Source: Nitrospirae bacterium CG2_30_53_67
Lineage (GTDB): Bacteria; CG2-30-53-67
Direction: 5' to 3'
NCBI GenBank assembly: GCA_001873285.1
Contig: MNYV01000017.1
Location: forward strand, 1 to 52,690
DNA: 52,690 nt
Both the position numbers and the translations under genes were made by a program. Shown here piece after piece: positions 1-8,794 of the stretch. Each line of letters opens with the position of its first letter. Position 1 is the stretch's first letter. The notes beneath the pieces are model-generated. The model was not told the origin of the DNA and ran no database searches. It saw nothing but the letters and a program-made list of their open reading frames with translations.

Positions 1-350
1 AGTGGGTGAAAACATCAGGGGTCAAGGATTCCAGGGGTCAAGTGAAGTGCTGAAAACATAAGGGGCCGAGGGTCATAGGGTTCAAGGGTTCCAGTGTTTT
101 TCTCTGGAAATTTTGCTTGCGTTCTTGTACTCGGTTTACCGGTATCAGTATTTCACTTGACCCCTTGAACCCTGGAATCCTCGACCCCAAGATACGTTAG
201 TGTAGTAGCCGTCGCAGACGGTCCCGGCCCGGCAAAAAAAGATTCAAGGAGATGCCGGGATCTAATGACAAAAATAGAGAAAAGCGGGGCACGCGAAGCG
301 TAACCCTGGAATCCTCGAACCCTTTTTACCCACTATATGGGAGAAGAACC
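1..350 (+). repeat. Family-A composite inverted-repeat element, copy 1 (may begin left of the window)
   Basis: Starts AGTGGGTGAAAACATCAGGGGTCAAGGATTCCAGGGGTCAAGTGAAGTG. Ends CACTTGACCCCTTGAACCCTGGAATCCTCGA...CCCTTTTTACCCACT followed by ATATGGGAGAAGAACC. The two ends are reverse complements of each other. The same termini recur at 27779-28121, 34463-34689 and, inverted, 50771-51125. Confidence 0.8.
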
Positions 351-448
351 GAAATTAAAGATCAAGAATCAAAAACTTTTGATCTTTGATCAAAAGGCGT
401 GCAAAAAAACCTTTGATTGCCGATTAGAAGAAGAGAGGTCTTGCATGC

Positions 449-889
449 TCACTCCACGTTGACATGAACCTTCTCTTTCTGGCCCGCCTTGGGCAGGCGT
501 ATCTCTAAAACCCCCTGGTCAAAGCGGGCCTGGATCTCGTTTTTTTTAATACTCTGCGGAAGGGTAAAGACCCTATGAAAAACGCCATAGGAACATTCCA
601 TCCTGTAATAATTTTCCTGGTCGGCCTCTTTTTGGAATTTTCTCTCTCCCCTCAGAATCAGGATATCCCCCTCGATCTGTATATCGATATCCTCCCTGCA
701 AACGCCCGGGAGCTCGGCCAGGAGGATCACTTCACTCCCTGTTTCCAGGATATCAACGGGCGGCGTATAGGCGCCTCCCTTCTCCTCACCCAATGCGGGA
801 ACAGAATAGAGCGCCTCTTTGAAGAACTGGCTCAACCTGTCCTGGACCAGGGACAGGTCCTTAAAGGGGTCCCACCTCAGTATCGCCAT
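449..889 (-). CDS. hsp20: Small heat-shock protein, Hsp20/alpha-crystallin family
   Basis: 146 aa. N-terminus MAILRWDPFKDL, then an alpha-crystallin core (PVDILETGSEVILLAELPGV...GVLEIRLPK) typical of IbpA/Hsp20 proteins. Confidence 0.9.
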   Translation of the reverse strand: MAILRWDPFKDLSLVQDRLSQFFKEALYSVPALGEEKGGAYTPPVDILETGSEVILLAELPGVCREDIDIQIEGDILILRGERKFQKEADQENYYRMECSYGVFHRVFTLPQSIKKNEIQARFDQGVLEIRLPKAGQKEKVHVNVE

Positions 890-927
890 AAGGATCCTTA
901 TATCAATCTTTCGTCACGCCTGATTAG

Positions 928-956
928 ACTTTAAGAGTCTTCCTTTAACCTGTCAA
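928..956 (-). promoter_or_regulatory. Putative sigma70 promoter of hsp20
   Basis: Minus strand reads TTGACA (956-951), 17-nt spacer, TAAAGT (933-928), about 40 nt upstream of the hsp20 ATG. Confidence 0.5.
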
Positions 957-967
957 GTATTTTATGC

Positions 968-2644
968 TCACGGGGTCATGGCGGCGGCATAACGCTGGAG
1001 TTCCTTGGGCGCCCACCATTTTTCAAAATTATACGATATTCCTGCTTTTTCCTGTTTGATCCCATGAAATCTCGCATCCACGACAGGGAGGGCATCCGGC
1101 ACATAAAGAAAACAATAGGGCTGGTCCTCTGCCAGAATGGCATGGATCTTCCGGTAGATGGCCTTTCGTTTTTCCAGATCAAAGGTTCTCCTTCCCTGGA
1201 TCAGGAGTTCATCAATTTCCGGATTGCTGTAGGATACGAAATTGTACTGGTTGGGTCCGGTCTGAGAAGAATGCCACATGATGTAGTTGTCCGGGTCCAG
1301 ACCGATGGACCATCCGAGAATGATGGCCTCGTACTGCCTCTTGTCTACAAACTCGTTGATAAAGGCCTGCCATTCCACAACCTTGATCCTGACATCGAGC
1401 CCTACGGCCTTGAGGTTCTGCTGAATGATCTCCGCCGCCTGTTTGCGTTCATCATTCCCCAGATTGGTGATCATCGTAAACTGGAAAGGCCTGCCGTCTT
1501 TGTCCAGGATCCCGTCCCCATCCGTATCCGACCATCCGGCTTCATGGAGCATGGCCTTGGCCTTTTCCGGGTCATAGGGATAGGTCCGTACACTGGGGTT
1601 GTAAGCCCAGTAATGGGGGGGATACGGTCCTGTGGCGGGTGAACCCAGGCCAAGCCGGACCCCCTTGATGATATCTTCCTTGTTGATGGCATAGGCCAAG
1701 GCCTGGCGGACCCGTTTGTCCGAAAATTTCGGATTTTTTAAATTGTAGCCCAGATAGGTATACCCGTTGGACGGGTATCTGAATTTTTTAAAATTCTCCT
1801 TGAAAAAAGCGCTGTCGGTCTGACGGCTGAACTGAAGAGGCGTGAGGCCCATCATGTCGACCCCTTTGGAGCGCAGTTCCTGAAACATGGTGGCCGGATC
1901 CGGGATGATCCGATAATCATACTCGTCAATGTAAGACCTCCCTTTGAAATACGCATCGTTCGCTGTAAGGACGATCTTCTGACCGGTCAGCCATGCCTTG
2001 AACCGATAGGGGCCTGTGCCCACAGGATGCCGGTTGAACTCATCCGTGTTGATATCCTTTCCCTGGAGAATATGCTTTGGGATGATCCCCATGGTCCAGC
2101 TCTCGAGGGCCGGCGCAAACGGCTCCTTGTACGTCACCCGGAACGTCAGGGGACTCAGGATCTCAGCCTTGGCCACTCTTTGGTAATCCGCCGCGTAGGG
2201 TGTGGCCACATTCGGATCAATGAGTTTCCGGTAGGTAAAAAGGACGTCCTCGGCGGTGAAAGGTTCGCCGTCATGCCAGGTCACTTTAGGCCGGAGATGA
2301 AAGGTGATGACCAGGCCGTCGTCTGAAATATCCCAAGACTCGGCCAGATCCCCTTCGAAATGGAGATCCTTGTCATAACGGATCAGGCCGTTAAAGACCA
2401 GACCATTGATGTCGCCGGAGGCGCTGTCATTGGCAATCACAGGGTTCAACCTCTTGGCATCACCGATCGAGGCCACCACAATGGCATCCCCGGAAACCGG
2501 CTTCTGGGCAAGAGCGGCATCGTTCGAGGATTGCTCTTTGTTTTCCGGGGGGCTGCATCCCGACAGAGCTGAGGAAATAAAGATGCTGATGAAAAGAAAC
2601 CGAAGCGGAACGGTTAGACGTTTTACAGATATCATTCTCATCAT
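968..2644 (-). CDS. ABC transporter substrate-binding lipoprotein, family 5 (peptide/nickel, OppA/DppA-like)
   Basis: 558 aa. Signal peptide with lipobox (ALSGC), length and motifs typical of SBP_bac_5 proteins. No cognate permease or ATPase genes are adjacent. Confidence 0.85.
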   Translation of the reverse strand: MMRMISVKRLTVPLRFLFISIFISSALSGCSPPENKEQSSNDAALAQKPVSGDAIVVASIGDAKRLNPVIANDSASGDINGLVFNGLIRYDKDLHFEGDLAESWDISDDGLVITFHLRPKVTWHDGEPFTAEDVLFTYRKLIDPNVATPYAADYQRVAKAEILSPLTFRVTYKEPFAPALESWTMGIIPKHILQGKDINTDEFNRHPVGTGPYRFKAWLTGQKIVLTANDAYFKGRSYIDEYDYRIIPDPATMFQELRSKGVDMMGLTPLQFSRQTDSAFFKENFKKFRYPSNGYTYLGYNLKNPKFSDKRVRQALAYAINKEDIIKGVRLGLGSPATGPYPPHYWAYNPSVRTYPYDPEKAKAMLHEAGWSDTDGDGILDKDGRPFQFTMITNLGNDERKQAAEIIQQNLKAVGLDVRIKVVEWQAFINEFVDKRQYEAIILGWSIGLDPDNYIMWHSSQTGPNQYNFVSYSNPEIDELLIQGRRTFDLEKRKAIYRKIHAILAEDQPYCFLYVPDALPVVDARFHGIKQEKAGISYNFEKWWAPKELQRYAAAMTP

Positions 2645-2678
2645 TCCGGGATCTCTGGTGAGATCATGTGTCCTTAAT

Positions 2679-3092
2679 TTATTTGGCTTCTGTTTCCGGC
2701 GCAGGGGCCTTCTCCTGAGATGGAGCAGGACTTTCCGGAACGCCTTGCTTCTGTTCGATGGGGGGGAGTGTCTGGTCTATTCCCTCCGGGGCAGGGGCTG
2801 GGATGCTCGAAGATTCCTGCTTTTCGGAGGTCAGGGGGGCCATATTCACCACGGATGAGGCCTTGTTCCCGCCCGATAAATAAGCCAGGCTTAAAGAAGT
2901 GATCATAAAGATCGCCGCACACCAGGTGGTTAACTTGCCCATAAAATCCGTGGGGCCGGAACTGCCGAAAACCGTCTGGCTGGCCCCGCCGAAGCTGGCC
3001 CCGATGTCAGCGCCCTTTCCCCCTTGCAGCAACACGATAAGGATCATGATGATACAGACCGTTATGTGGATGACAATTAATAAAGGAATCAT
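2679..3092 (-). CDS. secG: Preprotein translocase subunit SecG with a long Pro/Ala/Glu/Ser-rich C-terminal tail
   Basis: N-terminal 75 aa (LLQGGKGADIGASFGGASQTVFGSSGPTDFMGKLT, two TM segments) match SecG. The remaining ~60 aa are low complexity. Confidence 0.85.
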   Translation of the reverse strand: MIPLLIVIHITVCIIMILIVLLQGGKGADIGASFGGASQTVFGSSGPTDFMGKLTTWCAAIFMITSLSLAYLSGGNKASSVVNMAPLTSEKQESSSIPAPAPEGIDQTLPPIEQKQGVPESPAPSQEKAPAPETEAK

Positions 3093-3200
3093 ACCGCTCT
3101 CTCCTTGAAGTATTTTTCAATTTTCATGTTCTATTCATTACCATAAATGGAAGATAAAGACAAGGGATAAAAACCCCGGGATGCACATGAGGCTCTCATG

Positions 3201-3659
3201 CTAAAAGTGCGCTGTAACGGCCAAAACGATAAAACCGGACTGAAATGAAGGGCCCCCGATGATCACGGTCCCATGGTTGGCAATCCGGATCTGCGTTTTT
3301 AGAAGCGAAGTCCCCCCTTCACGGATGTTGACCTGCATGACAATCTTCCCCCGTTCCACACCTGTGGGAGTGAGCTCCATGACCCTTCTCCCGGGTATCG
3401 GCACTTTACCGGTCTGGCCGCCGCCCAATGACAATCCGGTCTGATCAACGAGCTCAAAGGACATGTAGTTGAGGGCAAGAAGATCCTTTTTCAGGTCCAG
3501 AAGCCTCGGGTCAAACCCCTGGTCTGAATTTGAAGCCAGAATGACACGGACCTCCGTATTAAAAACCTCAGCCACAGCGGGACGGGCAAGGCTTATAAAG
3601 CAAATGCCCCCGGCCAGCATGAAAAAGAATGTTTTTCTTAGACGGAATAGGGTGTCCAT
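3201..3659 (-). CDS. Hypothetical secreted protein, last gene of the ECF sigma/anti-sigma unit
   Basis: 152 aa with an N-terminal signal peptide (ISLARPAVA-EV). Overlaps the anti-sigma gene by 22 nt. I recognise no family. Confidence 0.6.
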   Translation of the reverse strand: MDTLFRLRKTFFFMLAGGICFISLARPAVAEVFNTEVRVILASNSDQGFDPRLLDLKKDLLALNYMSFELVDQTGLSLGGGQTGKVPIPGRRVMELTPTGVERGKIVMQVNIREGGTSLLKTQIRIANHGTVIIGGPSFQSGFIVLAVTAHF

Positions 3660-4204
3660 CGCCCTTGCGCCTCCTCATTCGATTCATGATCCGAAGACAA
3701 CCAGATCACCGTCATTTGCGAGTCATGCGTCTTGAACAACATGACCGTGCCGTTTGCGCCTTCAACCGAGTCCACGATGCATTCATTCTTCCCGGAAGTT
3801 TTTATCACAGATGATAGGGGATTGTAAATCTTTAAAACCACCGCTGCAATCAGGACCGCTGCAATAGCTGAAGGGACCAGAATCCTCGACCCCCGGAACA
3901 TGAGGTTTTTGAGCCTCCCACCCCACCATCGTCCTTTGCTCTCCGATTCCTGCAACCGGATCCCGTCTCTAACCCTTGAATGGAGGGCTTCAAGATCCGA
4001 ATTCTCTTCAGCCATCGAGAGAGCAACACCTTGTCGGACTAATCTCCGTGTCTGCCGGAGGCGCTTTAGAGCCGTCCGGCATGAAAGACAATCCTCAAGA
4101 TGCCCCCTGACCCTGGCGCTCCTAAAAGGAGAAAGCTCCCCGTCATCATAGGGGCCGATCCATTGAAGTATCCTGCTGCATCTACTTTTTCTCACGGATC
4201 TCAC
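3638..4204 (-). CDS. Anti-sigma factor, zinc-binding (ZAS, HxxxCxxC) type with one TM segment
   Basis: 188 aa. HLEDCLSC motif near the N-terminus and a central hydrophobic helix (ILVPSAIAAVLIAAVVL). Overlaps the 3' end of the ECF sigma gene by 23 nt. Confidence 0.75.
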   Translation of the reverse strand: MRSVRKSRCSRILQWIGPYDDGELSPFRSARVRGHLEDCLSCRTALKRLRQTRRLVRQGVALSMAEENSDLEALHSRVRDGIRLQESESKGRWWGGRLKNLMFRGSRILVPSAIAAVLIAAVVLKIYNPLSSVIKTSGKNECIVDSVEGANGTVMLFKTHDSQMTVIWLSSDHESNEEAQGRWTPYSV

Positions 4205-4796
4205 CTTCTTTAATATAAGGCATCAGGTTCTTCTGAAGCTCCTGCCTGGCATAATGCAGCCTCGACATCACGGTTCCTTTTCTTATCCTGAGCGTCTTTG
4301 CGATATCCTCATAGGATAGCCCTTCCATCTCCCGGAGGAGGATGACCGATCGGTGTTCCTCCGGCAATGACTGAATGGCATCCATGATCACCCGGTTCAA
4401 TTCTTTCTGTGCCATTTCCTGCCCGGGATGTGAAGAGGATGGAACGCGGATGACAGGATCCTCTTCTTCTGTCAGATCCTGGTTGTCGCGGTATTCCAAA
4501 TTCTTTTTCCGCCATTCCTTCCGCATGAAATCAATGGATAAATTGTACGCGATCCGATAGAGCCATGTATAGAACCCCCCGCCCCCCTGAAACCCTTTTA
4601 GTGAACGAAAGGCCTTGAGAAAGGCCTCTTGGGCGATATCCAGGGCATCCTCCCGGTTCCCGAGCATGCCATACGCCAGGTAATAGACCCTTTTCTGGTA
4701 TTTCCGTACCAGTTCGGAAAAGGCCTCCTGATCCCCATCCTGGGATCTTTGAACCCATTCCAGATCCTCGGATATTGGATCCACCTTTTTATCCAT
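4182..4796 (-). CDS. ECF (sigma-24/sigma-E type) RNA polymerase sigma factor
   Basis: 204 aa. Region 2 (FSELVRKYQKRVYYLAYGMLGNREDALDIAQEAFLKAF) and region 4 (LPEEHRSVILLREMEGLSYEDIAKTLRIRKGTVMSRL). Confidence 0.9.
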   Translation of the reverse strand: MDKKVDPISEDLEWVQRSQDGDQEAFSELVRKYQKRVYYLAYGMLGNREDALDIAQEAFLKAFRSLKGFQGGGGFYTWLYRIAYNLSIDFMRKEWRKKNLEYRDNQDLTEEEDPVIRVPSSSHPGQEMAQKELNRVIMDAIQSLPEEHRSVILLREMEGLSYEDIAKTLRIRKGTVMSRLHYARQELQKNLMPYIKEGEIREKK

Positions 4797-4887
4797 TAGA
4801 CGCCAAAAATTCCAGAAAATTCAAGTAAACATCCGCGGTTGGGCTGGACAACGGCCATTTAAGGCAGCGTTTTCTCTGTTGCCTTTC

Positions 4888-5646
4888 CTATCCACGACTG
4901 GAGAAGATAATCTCTGAGAAGGATTCCACGGTCAGGCTGGCTCCTCCCACCAATGCCCCGTCGATATCCGGCTGATTCATCAGTTCCGCAGCATTGGACG
5001 GCTTCACGCTCCCTCCGTAAAGAATCATCGTCTTTTCCGCAGTCTGGTCATTGACGGCATCAGAGAGAAGGTGACGAAGGTAGGAATGAACTTCGTTGGC
5101 TTGTGCCGGCGTGGCGGTCTTACCCGTTCCAATGGCCCATATCGGCTCATAGGCCATCACGATGTTTCCCATCTCTTTTTCGCTGCATCCGGCAAGACCG
5201 GCCTTAACCTGCCGGCTCACCACTTGGAAGGTCTTCCCGGCATCCCGCTCTTCCAAAGATTCGCCGAAGCACAGGATGGCGGTCAGTCCGGCATTCAAGG
5301 CCGCATGGACCTTTCTGTTGACCATCTCATCGGTCTCTCCGAAGTATCCTCTCCTCTCGGAATGTCCTACGATCACATACTGGCATCCCACGTCCTTGAG
5401 CATCCCGCCGGAAACCTCTCCGGTATAAGCGCCTTCCTTCTCATAAAAGAGGTCCTGTGCGGCGAGCATGATGTTGCTGGATTGAATGGCCTGATAAACC
5501 CTGGCCAGCGACGTGAACGGGGGGGCCACCACCATATCCACATCATCAATCTGATTGAGCTTCTTCTTCAGTCCCTCCACCAGCGCAAGCGCCTCAGTCA
5601 CGGTCTTATACATCTTCCAGTTCCCGGCAATCATCTTTCGTCGCAT
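4888..5646 (-). CDS. tpiA: Triosephosphate isomerase
   Basis: AGNWKMY, VGHSERR and AYEPIWAIGTG motifs. The ORF is open to 5661, but AGGAG sits 7 nt upstream of the ATG at 5646, so that start is preferred. Confidence 0.93.
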   Translation of the reverse strand: MRRKMIAGNWKMYKTVTEALALVEGLKKKLNQIDDVDMVVAPPFTSLARVYQAIQSSNIMLAAQDLFYEKEGAYTGEVSGGMLKDVGCQYVIVGHSERRGYFGETDEMVNRKVHAALNAGLTAILCFGESLEERDAGKTFQVVSRQVKAGLAGCSEKEMGNIVMAYEPIWAIGTGKTATPAQANEVHSYLRHLLSDAVNDQTAEKTMILYGGSVKPSNAAELMNQPDIDGALVGGASLTVESFSEIIFSSRG

Positions 5647-5674
5647 CTCTTTTCTCCTCATTAAATAAACCGCA

Positions 5675-6871
5675 TTACAAAACCTTCTTTTCGGTCAACC
5701 CTTCAATGCCGGGAAGGCTTTTCCCCTCAAGGAGCTGCAGCGAGGCCCCTCCGCCCGTGGAGATGAAGGTCATGTTATCGGCCTCGCCGGCCCGGTTGAC
5801 CGCATCAGCGGTATCTCCCCCTCCGATAATCGTGGTGGCATAGCATCCGGCCACGGTGTGCGCCAGCGACGAGGTCCCCCGGCTGAAGGCATCGATCTCA
5901 TAGACTCCCATGGGCCCGTTCCAGACAATGGTCTTAGCGCCCTGAAGCGCCAGCTCAAAAAGTTTGCTGGAGGCCGGCCCTATATCCAATCCGTACCATC
6001 CTTGAGGAATCTCCTGGACCGTGACGATCTTGGTATTGGCATGGGCATGAATCCGGTCGGCCACAACCACATCCACAGGGAGGTAGAACTTGACCCCTTG
6101 TTTCCGGGCACGCTTAAGCATGTGAAGGGCAGAATCGACCATCTCCTCTTCAACGAGGGAGTTCCCCACTTCAAGCTGGGAGTCCTTGAGAAAAGTGAAC
6201 ATCATTCCGCCCCCGATGATGATTTTGTCCACCCGGTCTATCAGGTTCTTGATCACACCGATCTTTCCGGAAACCTTGGACCCCCCCAGGATCGCCACAA
6301 AAGGACGCACCGGATTCGTAATGACCTTTTCAAAATATTCGATCTCTTTTTTCATGAGAAATCCGGCCACGGCTACCGGGACAAAGCGGCTGATCCCGAA
6401 GGTCGAGGCATGCGCCCGGTGTGCTGTTCCAAAGGCGTTGTTTACATAGACATCCATGCCCTGGGCCAGCTCTTTGGCAAACCCTTCATCGTTGATTTCT
6501 TCCCCCGGATGGAAACGAAGGTTTTCCAATAAAATGATGTCGCCGTTCCGAAGGGAATCGATCATGGCACGGACTTCCGGGCCCACGCAATCCGGAGCGA
6601 ACCGCACCTCTTTATTCAGGAGACGGTTGAGTCTCTTGGCCGTGGCAGTCAGAGAAAGTTTGGCATTCCGAACCCCCTTGGGCCTCCCCAGATGAGAGGC
6701 GAGAATCACCCTGGCCCCTCGATCAATACAGTAGTTAATCGTTGACAGAGACGCCCGAATCCTTCGGTCATCGGTGATGTTCCCGTCATCGTCCATAGGA
6801 ACATTATAATCAACACGGATAAAAACACGCTTCCCCTCTAATTCCACATCCTCAATCGTCATCTTATTCAC
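5675..6871 (-). CDS. pgk: Phosphoglycerate kinase
   Basis: 398 aa, full-length PGK signature (RVDYNVP, ASHLGRPKG, FGTAHRAHAS, GGGDTA). Confidence 0.95.
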   Translation of the reverse strand: MNKMTIEDVELEGKRVFIRVDYNVPMDDDGNITDDRRIRASLSTINYCIDRGARVILASHLGRPKGVRNAKLSLTATAKRLNRLLNKEVRFAPDCVGPEVRAMIDSLRNGDIILLENLRFHPGEEINDEGFAKELAQGMDVYVNNAFGTAHRAHASTFGISRFVPVAVAGFLMKKEIEYFEKVITNPVRPFVAILGGSKVSGKIGVIKNLIDRVDKIIIGGGMMFTFLKDSQLEVGNSLVEEEMVDSALHMLKRARKQGVKFYLPVDVVVADRIHAHANTKIVTVQEIPQGWYGLDIGPASSKLFELALQGAKTIVWNGPMGVYEIDAFSRGTSSLAHTVAGCYATTIIGGGDTADAVNRAGEADNMTFISTGGGASLQLLEGKSLPGIEGLTEKKVL

Positions 6872-7005
6872 AGCTCACCTCGTCAAGTTTTCGATCATGT
6901 ATCCTTATGGTCTTTTCCATTTGTCAACCTGAGCAAGCACCTCTGTTTATATTAAACCCACAGAATAATGTCAAGATGTAAGCTGTTTTTAAACGGTTTT
7001 TAAAT

Positions 7006-8226
7006 CTAATTCTCTATCGGGGAATTTCTCAACTCAGGATCAAGCTTGACCGCCCATGCCCTCTCCTGCTGAGAGAGGGAGGGATCGCCTTTCCTATGGT
7101 AAATTCTGGAAAGCCCCAGGTGTGCCTGCGCCGCACCGGAATCAGGAGGAGAACCGGATAAATATGCCTGAAATGCCGTCTCGGCTTCGGTCAGATCATT
7201 CCCCATCAGAAAATCCCGTCCGGCTTCAAGGAGGACCCATCGGATGGATGGATCTCCGTCATAGCCGTTATAATAGGTCATCCCGGCATCGAACCATTGA
7301 GACCGGCGCCGATAGATCTTTGCAAGGGGATCCCGGATCAGAAGACATTTCGGACCCTCTTTAAGAAAGGCCTCGCCCATCTTGATCCCCTCGAGATCCC
7401 GGCCTTCTTTTTCGGCAAGAGCAATCAAGGCGATCTTGCATGCAGGAACGGCATAATGCCCTTTTCCCAATGCCGTGCGGATCTCTTCAATCCCCTCCAG
7501 CCGCTGGTCATGGATCAGCGGGAGAAACCAGAGGTACCGGGTCTTGACGCTCCGGAAATACTTATAAAGCCCCGTAGCAAAGTCAACATCATGAATTTCG
7601 GGGTCCATGATCCGCGCCTCTTTAAAATGGGAAAGGGCGGAGATCCCGTGCATAAAAGCGGAAACATAGCGCTGGTGTTCCAACTCATAGAGGCCCTGGG
7701 CGCCGAGCGATCCTCCCATGATATAATGATCCCATGCGGTAAGGTCTGGTTGGTCCTTCATCTTTTTTAGAAGCCGGGTGTTCTTCTTCATCTCGGCCAG
7801 GATCTCCTTTTCAATACGCTCGAATGTCTCGCCCTTCTCTAAAGAGTGTGCCATGAGGATCAGAAGGCGGCCCATGCTCGGCAGAATCGACTCAGGTTCC
7901 TCTTTCTCCATCTGGTCAAAGAGGCCCATGGCCTCATCATAGCGGCGTTCCATCACCAGCGACTCGGCCATGAGGATGATCCGATCTTGTTCAGGGGAAA
8001 TATAATTCAACGGAAAACGTTCCGCTCCATGAAGTGGAGAGACATGGACCAGACCCCATAAGGGGAAAAAAAGGAGAAATACAAAAGTCCTGAAGAATAA
8101 AATCGAGGCTTTATGGTTATCCACATCTTGTATATAAGATGTGGATAACCACCATATCTTGAATAAAATGCTATTAGAATTTCCTTTGTTTGTCAGAGGT
8201 TGCAACAAGGGATTCTTTTTCCACAT
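7006..8226 (-). CDS. Exported TPR-like repeat protein, start uncertain
   Basis: 406 aa ORF with helical repeats and a C-terminal TPR-like segment. A canonical signal peptide appears only if translation starts at the in-frame GTG at 8124 (MDNHKASILFFRTFVFLLFFPLWGLVHVSPLHG-AE). The ATG at 8226 has no SD. Confidence 0.6.
   Translation of the reverse strand: MWKKNPLLQPLTNKGNSNSILFKIWWLSTSYIQDVDNHKASILFFRTFVFLLFFPLWGLVHVSPLHGAERFPLNYISPEQDRIILMAESLVMERRYDEAMGLFDQMEKEEPESILPSMGRLLILMAHSLEKGETFERIEKEILAEMKKNTRLLKKMKDQPDLTAWDHYIMGGSLGAQGLYELEHQRYVSAFMHGISALSHFKEARIMDPEIHDVDFATGLYKYFRSVKTRYLWFLPLIHDQRLEGIEEIRTALGKGHYAVPACKIALIALAEKEGRDLEGIKMGEAFLKEGPKCLLIRDPLAKIYRRRSQWFDAGMTYYNGYDGDPSIRWVLLEAGRDFLMGNDLTEAETAFQAYLSGSPPDSGAAQAHLGLSRIYHRKGDPSLSQQERAWAVKLDPELRNSPIEN
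8115..8150. promoter_or_regulatory. Perfect 15-bp-arm palindrome containing two consensus DnaA boxes
   Basis: GGTTATCCACATCTT-GTATAT-AAGATGTGGATAACC. TTATCCACA is at 8117-8125 and its complement at 8140-8148. The related motifs CCATATCTTG (8152-8161) and TTTTCCACATCTTG (8217-8230) lie nearby. Confidence 0.55.
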
Positions 8227-8290
8227 CTTGCGGTTTATCTGTTAGTAAGCCCACATATTGTGTTTGATCTCCGAAATGACAAGGTCTTCT

Positions 8291-8794
8291 CTATTCATGA
8301 TCAAAATAGATGATCCTGCCGTTTATTTCATCCGCATCCATTTCTATGAACCCCACAGAGAGCGGGTGTCCATGACTTTTCTTGCCTGCGGTACCCGGGT
8401 TGAAGAAGAGAATCCCGTTGATCCATTGATTGAAAGAATGATGGGTGTGCCCGAACACCACCACGGCAGGCCGGACCTGGAGCAGCCTTTCCTGCAGTTC
8501 CGCGCAAGGCTTCATGGGGTTTCCTACCCGGTGGGTGATCAGGATATTCTTATCCGCCAGACGGCTGACACGGTAAACCGGAACGTCATATGACAAGGGA
8601 GGCGAATCCATATTCCCTCTGACCGCCATGACCGGGGCGATCTTTTTCAGCCTTGACAGCACGTCGTCATCGCCGATGTCGCCGGCATGAAAAATGGCAT
8701 CCACCCCTTCAAAAAGATCAAGAACAGCCTGGTGAAGGACGCCATGCGTATCGGAAAGGATGCCTATCTTCACGTTTCCCACTCTTGCAATCAT
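8291..8794 (-). CDS. Metallophosphoesterase, YfcE/MJ0936 family
   Basis: 167 aa with the ordered motifs GILSDTHG, HAGDIGD, GNMD and FGHTH. Confidence 0.85.
   Translation of the reverse strand: MIARVGNVKIGILSDTHGVLHQAVLDLFEGVDAIFHAGDIGDDDVLSRLKKIAPVMAVRGNMDSPPLSYDVPVYRVSRLADKNILITHRVGNPMKPCAELQERLLQVRPAVVVFGHTHHSFNQWINGILFFNPGTAGKKSHGHPLSVGFIEMDADEINGRIIYFDHE

Noticed and set aside
335-460. ~40-codon ORF MGEEPKLKIKNQKLLIFDQKAC... starting at the family-A flank ATG
   Set aside because: It runs through a palindromic spacer (GATCAAGAATCAAAA..TTTTGATCTTTGATC) that more plausibly serves as the hsp20 3' hairpin. It has no SD, and similarity to the oxidoreductase N-terminus is limited to repeat-derived nucleotides.
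575-934. 119-aa plus-strand ORF
   Set aside because: It is antisense to the well-supported hsp20 gene and has no motifs.
8100-8260. DnaA-box cluster as the chromosomal origin (oriC)
   Set aside because: There are no dnaA/dnaN/gyrB or rpmH-rnpA neighbours and no obvious AT-rich unwinding element with 13-mer-like repeats. Only three or four boxes are present. I keep it as a possible regulatory or titration site instead.
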